Shown here one piece after another: positions 1 through 9,057 of a stretch of 64,000 nucleotides of DNA. Source of the DNA: Acidobacteriota bacterium. Lineage in GTDB: Bacteria > Acidobacteriota > UBA6911 > RPQK01 > JADFOI01. The notes under the pieces are model-generated. The model searched no databases. It saw only the letters and a list, made by a program, of their open reading frames with translations, and was not told where the DNA came from. A program made the translations under genes and the position numbers. Position 1 is the stretch's first letter; every line of letters starts with the position of its first letter. Where the stretch lies: positions 768,001-832,000 of the forward strand of contig OY760074.1 in the NCBI GenBank assembly GCA_963663035.1, given 5' to 3'.

Positions 1-413
1 TCCCTGGCAGCGATCTGATCGACGGAAACTCCCACGTGACCTTCTTTCTTCGGGTGAACCCCGGTCAGGAAGGTGGCGCCGGCCCGCTCATGCGGTGCGT
101 TCTCGCCGTCGCCCGGCAGCGGATCAGCGGAATCCTGGTTGAGTCCGGTCAGCACCAGCATGCGATCTCGAAAGGAAGCCAGTGGCTCCAGAATAGGGGG
201 CAACTCGAAAGCGGCACCTTCCGTCGCAGGCGTCCACCTGTCCATGATCATTCCATTGGGGGCATAGACAATAGAAAGGCGGGTCACCGGTTTGGCTACA
301 GCGCTCGCGGCAGATAGAGCCGGGACCATGGAGTCCAACAGCGGCAAGGCCAGCGTGGCACCCACTCCATGCAAAAAAGTGCGGCGAGGGATATGCTTCT
401 TGGTAATGATCAT
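1..413 (-). CDS. DUF1552 family protein with Tat-like signal (partial, runs off window)
   Basis: Not in ORF track; manual translation MIITKKHIPRRTFLHGVGATLALPLLDSMVPA...YAPNGM...SVDQIAA; ATGA overlap with the stop of the upstream gene. Confidence 0.85.
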   Translation of the reverse strand, partial: MIITKKHIPRRTFLHGVGATLALPLLDSMVPALSAASAVAKPVTRLSIVYAPNGMIMDRWTPATEGAAFELPPILEPLASFRDRMLVLTGLNQDSADPLPGDGENAPHERAGATFLTGVHPKKEGHVGVSVDQIAAR

Positions 414-3196
414 AACTCTTGTGCCCTCCTCATTTGAAATGGTGTGCTCTTAACGATACCCAGAATCAGCGATGACCAGCGGTAGTCACTAGCAGCGGCC
501 TCTTGCAAGATCTTGCGAACAGCCGGAGCATCGTAATACTCAATTCCTCGAGCGAGGGCATAGGTGAGGAGTTTTTCAGTGACCGTATATATAAACTCCT
601 CTTTTTTCCTCACCAATATCTTGCTCAGCTCAACCGGGCCCTCAAATTGCGTGCCGTCGGGGAGTACCCCGGACGAATCGATGGGAGTACTTCCCTCGGT
701 CATTCGCCATCGACCGATGGCGTCAAAATTCTCCAGCGCGAAGCCCAGCGGATCCATTAGCCTGTGGCAACTGGCGCACACGGGATTGGAACGGTGCTGC
801 TCCATCTGCTGGCGCATGGAAAGGATCTTGCCACCCTCGTCACGATCCCTCAGCTCCGGAATGTTCGGGGGGGGCGGAGGGGGCGGCGTGCCCAAGACGT
901 TATCCAGCACCCACTTACCTCGAAGTACCGGGGAGGTCCGGTTGGGATACGAGGTCACCGTCAAAATGCTCCCTTGGCCTAGCAGGCCCCTTCGCCGCTC
1001 GTCGCTTAATGTGACGCGCCGAAAGTGACTGCCATAGATTTCCGGAATCCCATAGTGCCGGGCCAGGCGTTCGTTGACGAACGTGTAATCGGCTCTTAAC
1101 AAGTCCAGGACACTGCGATCCTCACGTAGGATGCTTCCGAAGAAAAGCTCCGTCTCCTGCTGGAACGCCCGCCGCAGATTTTCGTCCCAATAGGGAAAGG
1201 CCTCCAAATCCGGGATCATCGAGCGCAGATTGCGCAAGTGCAGCCACTGGGCGCCGAAGTTGTCCACCAGCGCCTGGGAGCGAGAATCGGAGAGCATGCG
1301 CCGTACCTGCTCCTCCAGGACCACGGAATCGCTAAGCTTGCCACCTTCGGCCAAATCCAAAAGCTCATCGTCGGGGATGCTGCTCCAGAGAAAGAACGAT
1401 AAGCGGGAGGCTAACTCCAGGTCGGTGATCTCATAGGCGGTATTTGGGGCCACGTTTTCCGGATCCTGCTCAATTCGAAACAAGAATTCGGGGCCGACCA
1501 GTATCCTCTGCAATGCCTTTCCGATTCCTACTTCAAACCCTCCTTCACTGCTGCCGGCCCGGTAGAAGCGCAGCAAAGTCCGGAGATCCTCGTCTGTAAG
1601 AGGTCGACGATAAGCGCGACGTGCGAGCGTGGAAAGAATCTTCTCAGCACACGGCCCTTCCTCCTGGCTGACCGCTGGGCGGCAAAGAAAAATCTTGCGG
1701 CGACTGGCTGTTTCTCCCAATCCCTTGGCATCGTAGGGTCCGCCAATAGAGACCTTGGCCACAGCGGGCTCACCCCCCTTGTACTGCAAGTAGTCATCCT
1801 GGGTCATCCGGGGCTGGAGCGGTTTTTCAGGCACCGAGTTTTCCTTCAGAAAAGCGACCTGGACCAGGTGCACACCCGCCGCCGCTGGGAAGCGAACTTC
1901 CAGGGCCTCGTCCGCCGTGCGTTCGTAGTTTTCCTGCGCCGGGTCCCCCGTGCCGCCGCTGGAGAAAATACTTGCAGACCTGCCATAGCGTTCGCCCCCG
2001 ATGGTAAGCAGCCGGAGTCTTCCCCCATCCAGACGAATGTCGAGTTGATGCGGCTCTTCTAGCAGACCGCGGATAAGTTCTCTGGAGTTCCTTTGCAGGC
2101 GGACCTGGATAATGTATTCAGCGTCAAGGGGGAAGTAATGGCGGACAGCGATGCCGCCTCGCGAATCGAAGGGAAGGTCCTCGCTAGCGCGGTCATCCTG
2201 CATGAGATACTTGGAAATGTTGTAAGTCTCAAAGGCCGGACCAGCGTCGGGATCTCCGATGGCTATACGTCGAATTTTCCGTGCGGCCGATAGATATCGT
2301 TCCAACAACACTGGTGATACAGTCAGGACGTCTCCAATATTGTCAAAGCCATGTCTGGAATCGTCGGCGGGAAGAAGCGATGCGCTGTCTATCTCCACCG
2401 CCAGCAAGTCGCGAATCGCATTGGCGTATTGGGTTCGGTTGAGACGCTGGACGGGCGACCGGCCGGAATTGGGATTGTCTGCTGCTACCCGATCCAGCTC
2501 TGTCTTCAGGTAGGTGGTGAAGGCATCGAGGCTAACCTGAGTCGGTCGCGGCATCTGGGGAGGAGGCATCTGCCCCGCTCGAAGCTTCCGTATCACCTTC
2601 TCCCAAACGGGAGCGTCTTCGCTGACATTCACGACGTTCGCCTGGTCCAGCATCAATCCTGCCGTACGTGCCGTTTCATTGTGGCAAGTGATGCAGTAGC
2701 GATTCAGAAACTCGCGGTGGGGGGAAGCGTGCGACGGAACCAGAGTCAGGGAATTGAGCCCAGCCTGCTGATTTTCCTCCGGTGGGACCATCCCACCGCC
2801 GGCACTCGCCACACTCTGGAGCTCCCTCTGCAGGTAGGCTAAAAAGGAGTCAACGCTGGCCTGATCAGGTCGTGGCATGTCGGCCGGGGGCATGGCACCA
2901 GCCTGTAGCTTCCCCACCACCTTCTGCCACATCTGAGGATTCTTGCTGACATCCTCGACTTCAGCCTGATCAAGGAGCAGCTCGGCCGTGCGCAAGGTTT
3001 CGTTGTGGCAGGTGACGCAATAGCGATTCAAAAGCTCGCGGTGGGGGGAGACCTGTGAGGAAAGTTGAGTCGAGGCCTGCAGAGCCACTGCCGGAAAGCA
3101 GGCGACACCCAACGCGATCAAGCCCAAGATCGTTCTGAACATCGTAGTTAACGAAGTCAAACTTTGCCATGGGTTAGGTTTGATCCACAACATCAC
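410..3196 (-). CDS. DUF1592/1588/1595/1587/1585 planctomycete-type cytochrome c protein with duplicated N-terminal heme domain
   Basis: CVTCH and CITCH in two repeated N-terminal domains, RLNRTQYANAIRDLL, ELASRLSFFLW, RTSPVLRGKWV, CASCH; real start probably MFRTIL (~3142). Confidence 0.85.
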   Translation of the reverse strand: MMLWIKPNPWQSLTSLTTMFRTILGLIALGVACFPAVALQASTQLSSQVSPHRELLNRYCVTCHNETLRTAELLLDQAEVEDVSKNPQMWQKVVGKLQAGAMPPADMPRPDQASVDSFLAYLQRELQSVASAGGGMVPPEENQQAGLNSLTLVPSHASPHREFLNRYCITCHNETARTAGLMLDQANVVNVSEDAPVWEKVIRKLRAGQMPPPQMPRPTQVSLDAFTTYLKTELDRVAADNPNSGRSPVQRLNRTQYANAIRDLLAVEIDSASLLPADDSRHGFDNIGDVLTVSPVLLERYLSAARKIRRIAIGDPDAGPAFETYNISKYLMQDDRASEDLPFDSRGGIAVRHYFPLDAEYIIQVRLQRNSRELIRGLLEEPHQLDIRLDGGRLRLLTIGGERYGRSASIFSSGGTGDPAQENYERTADEALEVRFPAAAGVHLVQVAFLKENSVPEKPLQPRMTQDDYLQYKGGEPAVAKVSIGGPYDAKGLGETASRRKIFLCRPAVSQEEGPCAEKILSTLARRAYRRPLTDEDLRTLLRFYRAGSSEGGFEVGIGKALQRILVGPEFLFRIEQDPENVAPNTAYEITDLELASRLSFFLWSSIPDDELLDLAEGGKLSDSVVLEEQVRRMLSDSRSQALVDNFGAQWLHLRNLRSMIPDLEAFPYWDENLRRAFQQETELFFGSILREDRSVLDLLRADYTFVNERLARHYGIPEIYGSHFRRVTLSDERRRGLLGQGSILTVTSYPNRTSPVLRGKWVLDNVLGTPPPPPPPNIPELRDRDEGGKILSMRQQMEQHRSNPVCASCHRLMDPLGFALENFDAIGRWRMTEGSTPIDSSGVLPDGTQFEGPVELSKILVRKKEEFIYTVTEKLLTYALARGIEYYDAPAVRKILQEAAASDYRWSSLILGIVKSTPFQMRRAQEL

Positions 3197-3339
3197 AGCT
3201 TCTCGAAAGTTGAGGTTCGACGCAATGTAGATAGTATTGACTGAGAGTAAGAGTGTAGTCTTACAAACACTTTGATCCTAGCACCTATTCGAAGACTAGG
3301 CAAGGTTTTCAGAGTGTTTTCTGATTCGTTTGAGTGCCA

Positions 3340-3355
3340 CGCAATTTGAGTGCCA
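3340..3355 (-). promoter_or_regulatory. sigma-54 (-24/-12) promoter candidate for the DUF1592-DUF1552 operon
   Basis: Minus strand TGGCAC-TCAAA-TTGCG; lies within a 16-bp tandem duplication TTTGAGTGCCAYGCAA (3329-3360). Confidence 0.6.
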
Positions 3356-3438
3356 TGCAAATAGTTCTCGTACAAGTTTTAAGGTAAGCAATGGTAAGAT
3401 GGCGTAAATTAAGATGAGGATTAAGGAGGATTAATCAC

Positions 3439-5196
3439 ATGCGAAGCAGTTCCATGCAGGTTCTTGTCACTATTGCAGTGCTTTCAATGCTGCATTTACC
3501 AGTTATGGCTCAGATGGACGGATTCCGACCCGTGACTGATGAGAGGCTTATTAATGCGAACAACGAGCCGGAAAACTGGCTTACTTTCCGGCGCACATTA
3601 AACCAATGGGGGTACAGCCCCCTTGACCAGATCAACCGCGATAATATCAACGACTTGCAGTTAGCTTGGTCTCGGGGAATGAATCCAGGACGAAACCAAC
3701 AGGAACCCCTTGTAGTCGACGGGATCATGTTTCTGCTCCATCCACAGAGCGAGGTAGAAGCGCTAGATGCGCGTTCGGGTGAGCCGATATGGAGTTTTGA
3801 CGATGAACCTGCTGCCGATGTGCGCAATCGGGGGCGATCGAGGAGTCTCGCAGTATATAGGAACACGGTCATCTTTGGGACGGGCGACACGCGAGTTATC
3901 GCTCTAGATGCGCGAACTGGTCGAAAGGTATGGGAGGTTGACACGTTGCCTTCGAATGCTTCGCCGGGGGGCAAAGACTTCTCAGCCGGACCGATTGCGG
4001 CGAACGGCAAAGTTTATATGGGAACCGCCTGTGGTTCTGGGCCTCGCCTCCCATGCTATGTTGTAGGTATCGACGTGGAAACAGGTAAAGTTCTGTGGCG
4101 GAGGGAGGCCGTCGCCGGCCCTAAGGATCCGCCTGAGCATCAAGCGAGTTGGGGTAATGTCGCTTACGAGGATCGTCATAAGGCATCATTTTGGGTCACG
4201 GGTAGCTACGATCCAAAGTTGAATTTAACGTACTGGGGATCCGCGAGTGCTTCGCCCTATCCTGAGATACTGAAAGGCACTGGCGATGGTGATCTTTCGT
4301 GGACAAACTCGACCCTGGCAATCAGGGCGGACACAGGTGAGTTGGCCTGGGCGTTTCAACATCTCCCGAGGGACAATTGGGATGCGGATCACATGGGTGA
4401 GAGGATCTATGTTGATGGATTACGGGTCCAACCCGATTCAAATGACCTGAAGTGGTACAATCCGGACCTGTTGGACGGACAACTCCGCAATGTGCTCTGG
4501 GCGATTGGAAAGCCGGGAGTTTTGTGGGCCCTTGATCGAGAGACGGGTGAGTTCTTGTGGGCCAAAGAAACTGTATACCAAGAGTACTACCAAGATATTG
4601 ATAGGCGAGGGCGCGTAACAATAAACGAAGCGAAGATCCCCAAAGAAGTTGGTGAGGAGATTCGCATCTGTCCTGGAATGCGTGGTGGCTCGCTCTGGCA
4701 AAATGCCTCCTATAGTCCACTCACCAATGCACTGTACCTCAGTGTGCATCAAACTTGTAACGTCCTTCGCATTGTTCCTACCGACAGTGGTCTCGACTGG
4801 ACGAAGCTGTTCCACATGCCTGAAAGCCAAGGTCAAGTTGGACGTCTGATTGCAGTTGACGCTTCTACCGGAAAGCTCCTGTGGTCCTATCTGCAGAGGG
4901 CACCTATGTGGTCTACGCTGACCACAGGTGGTGGGTTGGTTTTTGTAGGGGACAATTACCGGAACCTGATGGTGTTCGATCAACGAACAGGGGAGAAGGT
5001 TTGGGAGGTACCTCTGAGCGGTCCGGTTATGGGCAACCCAGTGAGCTTTGCCGTGGACGGTCGCCAATACATCGCTGTGGGAGTTGGAGGTGGAGGCATG
5101 GGCGGTCCTCATATGAATAGAGAGCTCACACCTGAACTGCATCCTCGCGTAGGAAGCAACGTCCTTATGGTATTCGTATTGCCCAAACGTCATTAA
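3439..5196 (+). CDS. PQQ-binding beta-propeller dehydrogenase-like protein, exported
   Basis: Signal peptide, VTDERL..PENWL, YSPLDQINRDN, Trp-docking repeats, DNWDAD, GRQYIAV; strong RBS AAGGAGG. Confidence 0.85.
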   Translation: MRSSSMQVLVTIAVLSMLHLPVMAQMDGFRPVTDERLINANNEPENWLTFRRTLNQWGYSPLDQINRDNINDLQLAWSRGMNPGRNQQEPLVVDGIMFLLHPQSEVEALDARSGEPIWSFDDEPAADVRNRGRSRSLAVYRNTVIFGTGDTRVIALDARTGRKVWEVDTLPSNASPGGKDFSAGPIAANGKVYMGTACGSGPRLPCYVVGIDVETGKVLWRREAVAGPKDPPEHQASWGNVAYEDRHKASFWVTGSYDPKLNLTYWGSASASPYPEILKGTGDGDLSWTNSTLAIRADTGELAWAFQHLPRDNWDADHMGERIYVDGLRVQPDSNDLKWYNPDLLDGQLRNVLWAIGKPGVLWALDRETGEFLWAKETVYQEYYQDIDRRGRVTINEAKIPKEVGEEIRICPGMRGGSLWQNASYSPLTNALYLSVHQTCNVLRIVPTDSGLDWTKLFHMPESQGQVGRLIAVDASTGKLLWSYLQRAPMWSTLTTGGGLVFVGDNYRNLMVFDQRTGEKVWEVPLSGPVMGNPVSFAVDGRQYIAVGVGGGGMGGPHMNRELTPELHPRVGSNVLMVFVLPKRH

Positions 5197-5262
5197 GGAG
5201 ATTAACTCTAGTGTCTCGTCCCATGAATACCCCAGTTCCCCAAAGATTTCTCGCGTTACAAG

Positions 5263-6276
5263 TTGACTGACCCAATCATGATGCCCTTTATCCAGATCTC
5301 AGCAGATTCCAGAAAAGGAAAAGCGGTGGGGACTCCGACGTCAGGAACATGCCCCTTGCGGTTCAGCGGGCTGGTTACTGTTCTATGCATTTTTTTACTC
5401 TGGACAGGCTTTGCAGTTTCCTGGCCCGGCCAAGAGACAGGTGGAAGGAGTGCAGAACTGCTTCCGAACGGCGAAGCTGAAGAACTCACCCGGAGACTAT
5501 GCGGCAGTTGCCATTCTCTTGGAAATTTGACCGGTTTGAGACAGAGTTATCGCAGCTGGGAGAGTGTCGTAGGGAGGATGATCAATCTTGGAGCGCCAGT
5601 TCGAGGGGAGGAGTTTAGCCCCATCGTTCGATATCTAGCGGAGGTATTCGGGCCCGACTCTCCGCCACGGATTGACCTCAATCAGGCTGGAGCCGAGGAA
5701 CTTAAGAAGCTCGCGGGACTGGACGACTTGACCATCAGGAAGCTTCTTGATTTTCGGGACCAGAAGGGGGGCTTTGATAGAAGTGAGCAAGTCCGAGGCA
5801 TTATCGACTCGGACATGTTCGACCGATTGAAAGGCTACCTCTGGGCCGGAAAAGAGACAGCTGTAAGGAGTGTGGAACTGCTCCCCGATGGCGAGGGTGC
5901 AGAGCTCACAAGGGGAGCATGCAGCAGTTGCCATTCCCTTTTAACCTTTACCGGTTTGAGGCAGGATCCTCGTGGTTGGGAGGATATTGTCCGTATGATG
6001 ATGATCGATCATGGCGCGCCGATCCAAAGCCAGCAGTCTCGCGTCATCATTCGATATCTCACTGATGTTTTCGGGCCGGACTCTCCTCCGCTGACCGACA
6101 TCAAATGGGCTCGAGCCGAGGATCTGAAAAAGCTCCCGGGGCTGGATGACTTGACCGCCAGAAGGCTGCTTGATTTTCGGGACCAGAAAGGCGGCTTTAA
6201 CAGCGTCGACCAAATTCGAGAGGTCATCGGCTCGGACAGGTTCGACAAACTGAAGGGGTACCTCATAGTCAGATGA
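5263..6276 (+). CDS. Tandem [c-type cytochrome + ComEA-like helix-hairpin-helix] x2 protein
   Basis: CGSCH and CSSCH each followed by IDLNQA..EELKKLAGL / DLKKLPGL..RDQKGGF; internal DNA-level duplication. Confidence 0.75.
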   Translation: MTDPIMMPFIQISADSRKGKAVGTPTSGTCPLRFSGLVTVLCIFLLWTGFAVSWPGQETGGRSAELLPNGEAEELTRRLCGSCHSLGNLTGLRQSYRSWESVVGRMINLGAPVRGEEFSPIVRYLAEVFGPDSPPRIDLNQAGAEELKKLAGLDDLTIRKLLDFRDQKGGFDRSEQVRGIIDSDMFDRLKGYLWAGKETAVRSVELLPDGEGAELTRGACSSCHSLLTFTGLRQDPRGWEDIVRMMMIDHGAPIQSQQSRVIIRYLTDVFGPDSPPLTDIKWARAEDLKKLPGLDDLTARRLLDFRDQKGGFNSVDQIREVIGSDRFDKLKGYLIVR

Positions 6277-6287
6277 TTTGCGTTTAC

Positions 6288-6370
6288 GGTACCGTCAAGT
6301 TAAGTCGCTGTCAGCGACCATGGGAGGATGGAATCACAATATCGAGGCCACCGTTTCCCTCCAAAAATCT
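6288..6370 (+). pseudogene. IS6-family left-end remnant
   Basis: GGTACCGTCAAGTT IR-like end followed by MESQYRGHRFPPKI, typical IS6 transposase N-terminus, then truncated. Confidence 0.55.
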
Positions 6371-6396
6371 GGGTATGATGCTTACTGTGAAGGCAG

Positions 6397-6498
6397 TTAG
6401 GCCCTTTGTGGAACCCTAGTCTTACGATAAACTTCGCCCATGCCCCCCTGGCCGATTTTCTCAAGAACCTTGTAATGGGAAATGGTTTTGCCGATCAC
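6397..6498 (-). pseudogene. Truncated Ser/Thr protein kinase N-terminus
   Basis: Translates MIGKTISHYKVLEKIGQGGMGEVYR (glycine-rich loop) then diverges and stops after 33 aa. Confidence 0.7.
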
Positions 6499-6751
6499 GA
6501 AACTCCCCCCACTGCAGTGCAGTTGTGCCTAAAGTTACGACGTGGAATGGGTTAAAGACAATGGGAAACAGGTCAGTGGTTTTCGGCTGGAAGCATATGG
6601 AGTAACTGTTTAGAGCTAGGGCGAAGAAAAGTCGGGCAAAATCTGGGTGCGGATAGGGTGCGGGGAGTGCATTTTTTTGCGCTATTTTGCGCCTCCTTGC
6701 GCAGTGTAAGTCCTATAAAATAAATGATTTCAACACTTAACAAATAAGTTT

Positions 6752-6792
6752 GGAGCAGGAAGTCGGGGGTTCAAATCCCTCTGCCCCGACCA
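6752..6792 (+). other. 3' half of a tRNA-Pro (putative attR integration site)
   Basis: GGAGCAGGAAGTC-GGGGG-TTCAAAT-CCCTC-TGCCCCG-A-CCA: T-arm, acceptor 3' strand and CCA; no 5' half upstream. Confidence 0.75.
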
Positions 6793-6802
6793 ATTCAAAT
6801 CG

Positions 6803-8098
6803 GTGCATTCCGGACACATAGGTTACAGTTTATTCCGAAGACATAGGTAACACCTTTGCACCAAAAGGGTTATTTATAGGTTCAAACCTTCTACTGTCTT
6901 CGTCAAAGTAACCGAGGTCGTATTCCATAAACGACACCAGCCAAATTTTCTCTTTGACCTCTTTGATTCCAACATCTTGACCAGCAAACACCGTGCTGAA
7001 GTTGATCTTTTGACTTTTCATACAGATTCTGCCGCAGCTGGTGACGGTCACGGTGCGATCGTGCATGGGGTACTCGACGCGCCCGATTCCTCGGTAGGGA
7101 CAAGATGCGGGAGTATAGACCTCGGACGGAAACTTCATGCCCAGGGCCTCATGAGGTCTCTCAGTATTGTATTCCGCCTGAAAGGCATTAAACCTCTCTT
7201 GCTGCTGAAGAAGGTTGTGGGCAGCGGGAACGACTGTGGCCTTCTTGAGGGTGAGATGAAGGCGCTCATGCCTTCCGTTCTGCTCGGGATGGCCGGGCTT
7301 GATCCTCTCGATTCGGATTCCTAGCCTAAGCCACCAGACGGCCAGTCGACTGAGTCCAAACAATCCGTTGGGTGATGCAAAAGGGACTCCGTTGTCCGTG
7401 CGGATCGCTTCCGGCAAACCTAACTCTTGAAAGGTTCTCTCGAATACGGGGAAAGCACCTCTTTCCTTAACACTGTCGAGAGCCTCGATGGCGAGCAGAT
7501 AACGGCTGGCGTGATCGCTCACGGTGAGAGGATAACAGTACCGTTTGTCTCCCAGCATGAACTCTCCTTTGAAGTCGGCAGACCAAAGGTCATTGGGATT
7601 CTGGCTGCTGGACAATCGAGTCCCCTCTGCCTTGAACCGTCGCCGTTTTCTACAGTTCACCAGGCCGTTGCGATCCAGAACCGCGTGAACTGTGCTCACC
7701 GCAGGCGGCCGTACATTCGGAAACCTACGAATCAGGAGCGCCCGAATCTTGGGAGCTCCCCAATACGGCTTCTCTCGCTTTAGCCTGACCAGGGTCCGTT
7801 CCACCTGTTCGGGCAGTTGGTTTCCGTAACGATGCGGCTTGCGGCTCCGATCCACCAGGGCGTAAGCGCCGGTGTTTTGATAGCGGTTCCAAATCTTGTA
7901 GCCCGTCTTTCTGGATATCCCAAACTCCTCACACAGACGGCTCATGGACTCCCCATCCAACAGCTTCGCTATAAATCTCATTCTCTCGTCCATCACACAG
8001 ATCTCCTTCCATGGCATCTCTGGGCACCTCCCAGAAGAAGCCTATAAGTGTTACCCATGTGTCCGGTATAATTTGTTACCCATCTTTCGGAATGGGCA
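6803..8098 (-). mobile_element. IS481-family insertion sequence (ends approximate)
   Basis: Transposase flanked by doubled inverted motifs CATTCCG..ACATAGGTWACA / TGTTACCCAT..CGGAATG. Confidence 0.8.
6830..8017 (-). CDS. IS481-family DDE transposase
   Basis: MPWKE..ERMRFI, GISRKTGYK HTH, WSADFKG, IRTDNG, PEQNGRHER, RPHEAL. Confidence 0.92.
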   Translation of the reverse strand: MPWKEICVMDERMRFIAKLLDGESMSRLCEEFGISRKTGYKIWNRYQNTGAYALVDRSRKPHRYGNQLPEQVERTLVRLKREKPYWGAPKIRALLIRRFPNVRPPAVSTVHAVLDRNGLVNCRKRRRFKAEGTRLSSSQNPNDLWSADFKGEFMLGDKRYCYPLTVSDHASRYLLAIEALDSVKERGAFPVFERTFQELGLPEAIRTDNGVPFASPNGLFGLSRLAVWWLRLGIRIERIKPGHPEQNGRHERLHLTLKKATVVPAAHNLLQQQERFNAFQAEYNTERPHEALGMKFPSEVYTPASCPYRGIGRVEYPMHDRTVTVTSCGRICMKSQKINFSTVFAGQDVGIKEVKEKIWLVSFMEYDLGYFDEDSRRFEPINNPFGAKVLPMSSE

Positions 8099-8144
8099 CT
8101 CCTTGAAAATAGATGTCTTCATATTTAAGGAATTCGCCTCAGCT

Positions 8145-8840
8145 CTAGAAAGAGAAAACCACACCGAACTGATACGTCAGCAAGTCCGTGCGCGACCGTA
8201 AAGGGTCAATGATGGCTGTGCCGTTTTCACGGGTGATTGAACCTTTCTTGAGGTAAGTGGCTTCGCCGCCGAATGAATGGCGCACGCGAAAATCGATAAG
8301 TACCTCTGTCAACTTAGAGCCTTCCTGTTTCTGATGCACAAGGAACATGACTCCGCCCCCAGTGCCATAACTGAAGGCGATATCTTGCTGGTTGGTTGTC
8401 GAGGCGATAGGTTCTGCGAAATCATCTTCATCGCGGACTTTGGTTTCTGTAAAGAAGTAATGCATGCCGATGAGCCCGTCGAGATAGGGCCGAAAAATAC
8501 CGCTCTTGCCTTGCAAGCGCAGCAATCCATGTGTGAGCAAAATGTTGTTTCGCGTTTCAACCTCAACCGTGACGTCGGGGATGGTGTGACTGAAAGGCTC
8601 TTGACGGGTCTCACTGCCGTAAAGCATGTACTCGACGTCGACTCCGATCATGACCGGACTATTACCGGGACGAAAGGCAAACATGCCGCCGATGCCAAAT
8701 CCTAAATCTTCGACATTCTCTTTAAATTCGCCTTTTGGTTGGCCAAATAAAAAATTAACACCGGCCTGAAAATCCTGTGCATGAAGTCCGGGAATAAAGC
8801 ACAAGAGAGTCTGACTGATTAAGATTAATCTCCACACCAT
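8145..8840 (-). CDS. Outer-membrane beta-barrel protein
   Basis: Signal peptide, alternating beta strands, RPYLDG motif, C-terminal F. Confidence 0.7.
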   Translation of the reverse strand: MVWRLILISQTLLCFIPGLHAQDFQAGVNFLFGQPKGEFKENVEDLGFGIGGMFAFRPGNSPVMIGVDVEYMLYGSETRQEPFSHTIPDVTVEVETRNNILLTHGLLRLQGKSGIFRPYLDGLIGMHYFFTETKVRDEDDFAEPIASTTNQQDIAFSYGTGGGVMFLVHQKQEGSKLTEVLIDFRVRHSFGGEATYLKKGSITRENGTAIIDPLRSRTDLLTYQFGVVFSF

Positions 8841-8881
8841 TTTCTCATTCTCCGTTTAGCTCTGTATGCACTCCTGAGTGA

Positions 8882-8897
8882 AGCAAGTCATGTGCCA
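8882..8897 (-). promoter_or_regulatory. sigma-54 promoter with upstream IHF site (8950-8962)
   Basis: TGGCAC-ATGAC-TTGCT exact consensus ~40 bp before the start codon; AATCAATAACTTG matches WATCAANNNNTTR. Confidence 0.7.
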
Positions 8898-9057
8898 TTC
8901 TTGAGGGGCCTCCGGGAGAGACCCGCCTGAGTTGCCATGGATCTTTATAAATCAATAACTTGCAGTCAGTTTTGAGGATCCTTGGCTCCCTTGAAATTTT
9001 TTTGAGTCTTCTCCCCCTGTCAACGTCAGCTGACAAAACGCTGGTGGCTGGAGAGCC

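Noticed and set aside
6721-6792. Complete tRNA gene
   Set aside because: No D-arm or 5' acceptor strand; upstream sequence is AT-rich and does not pair
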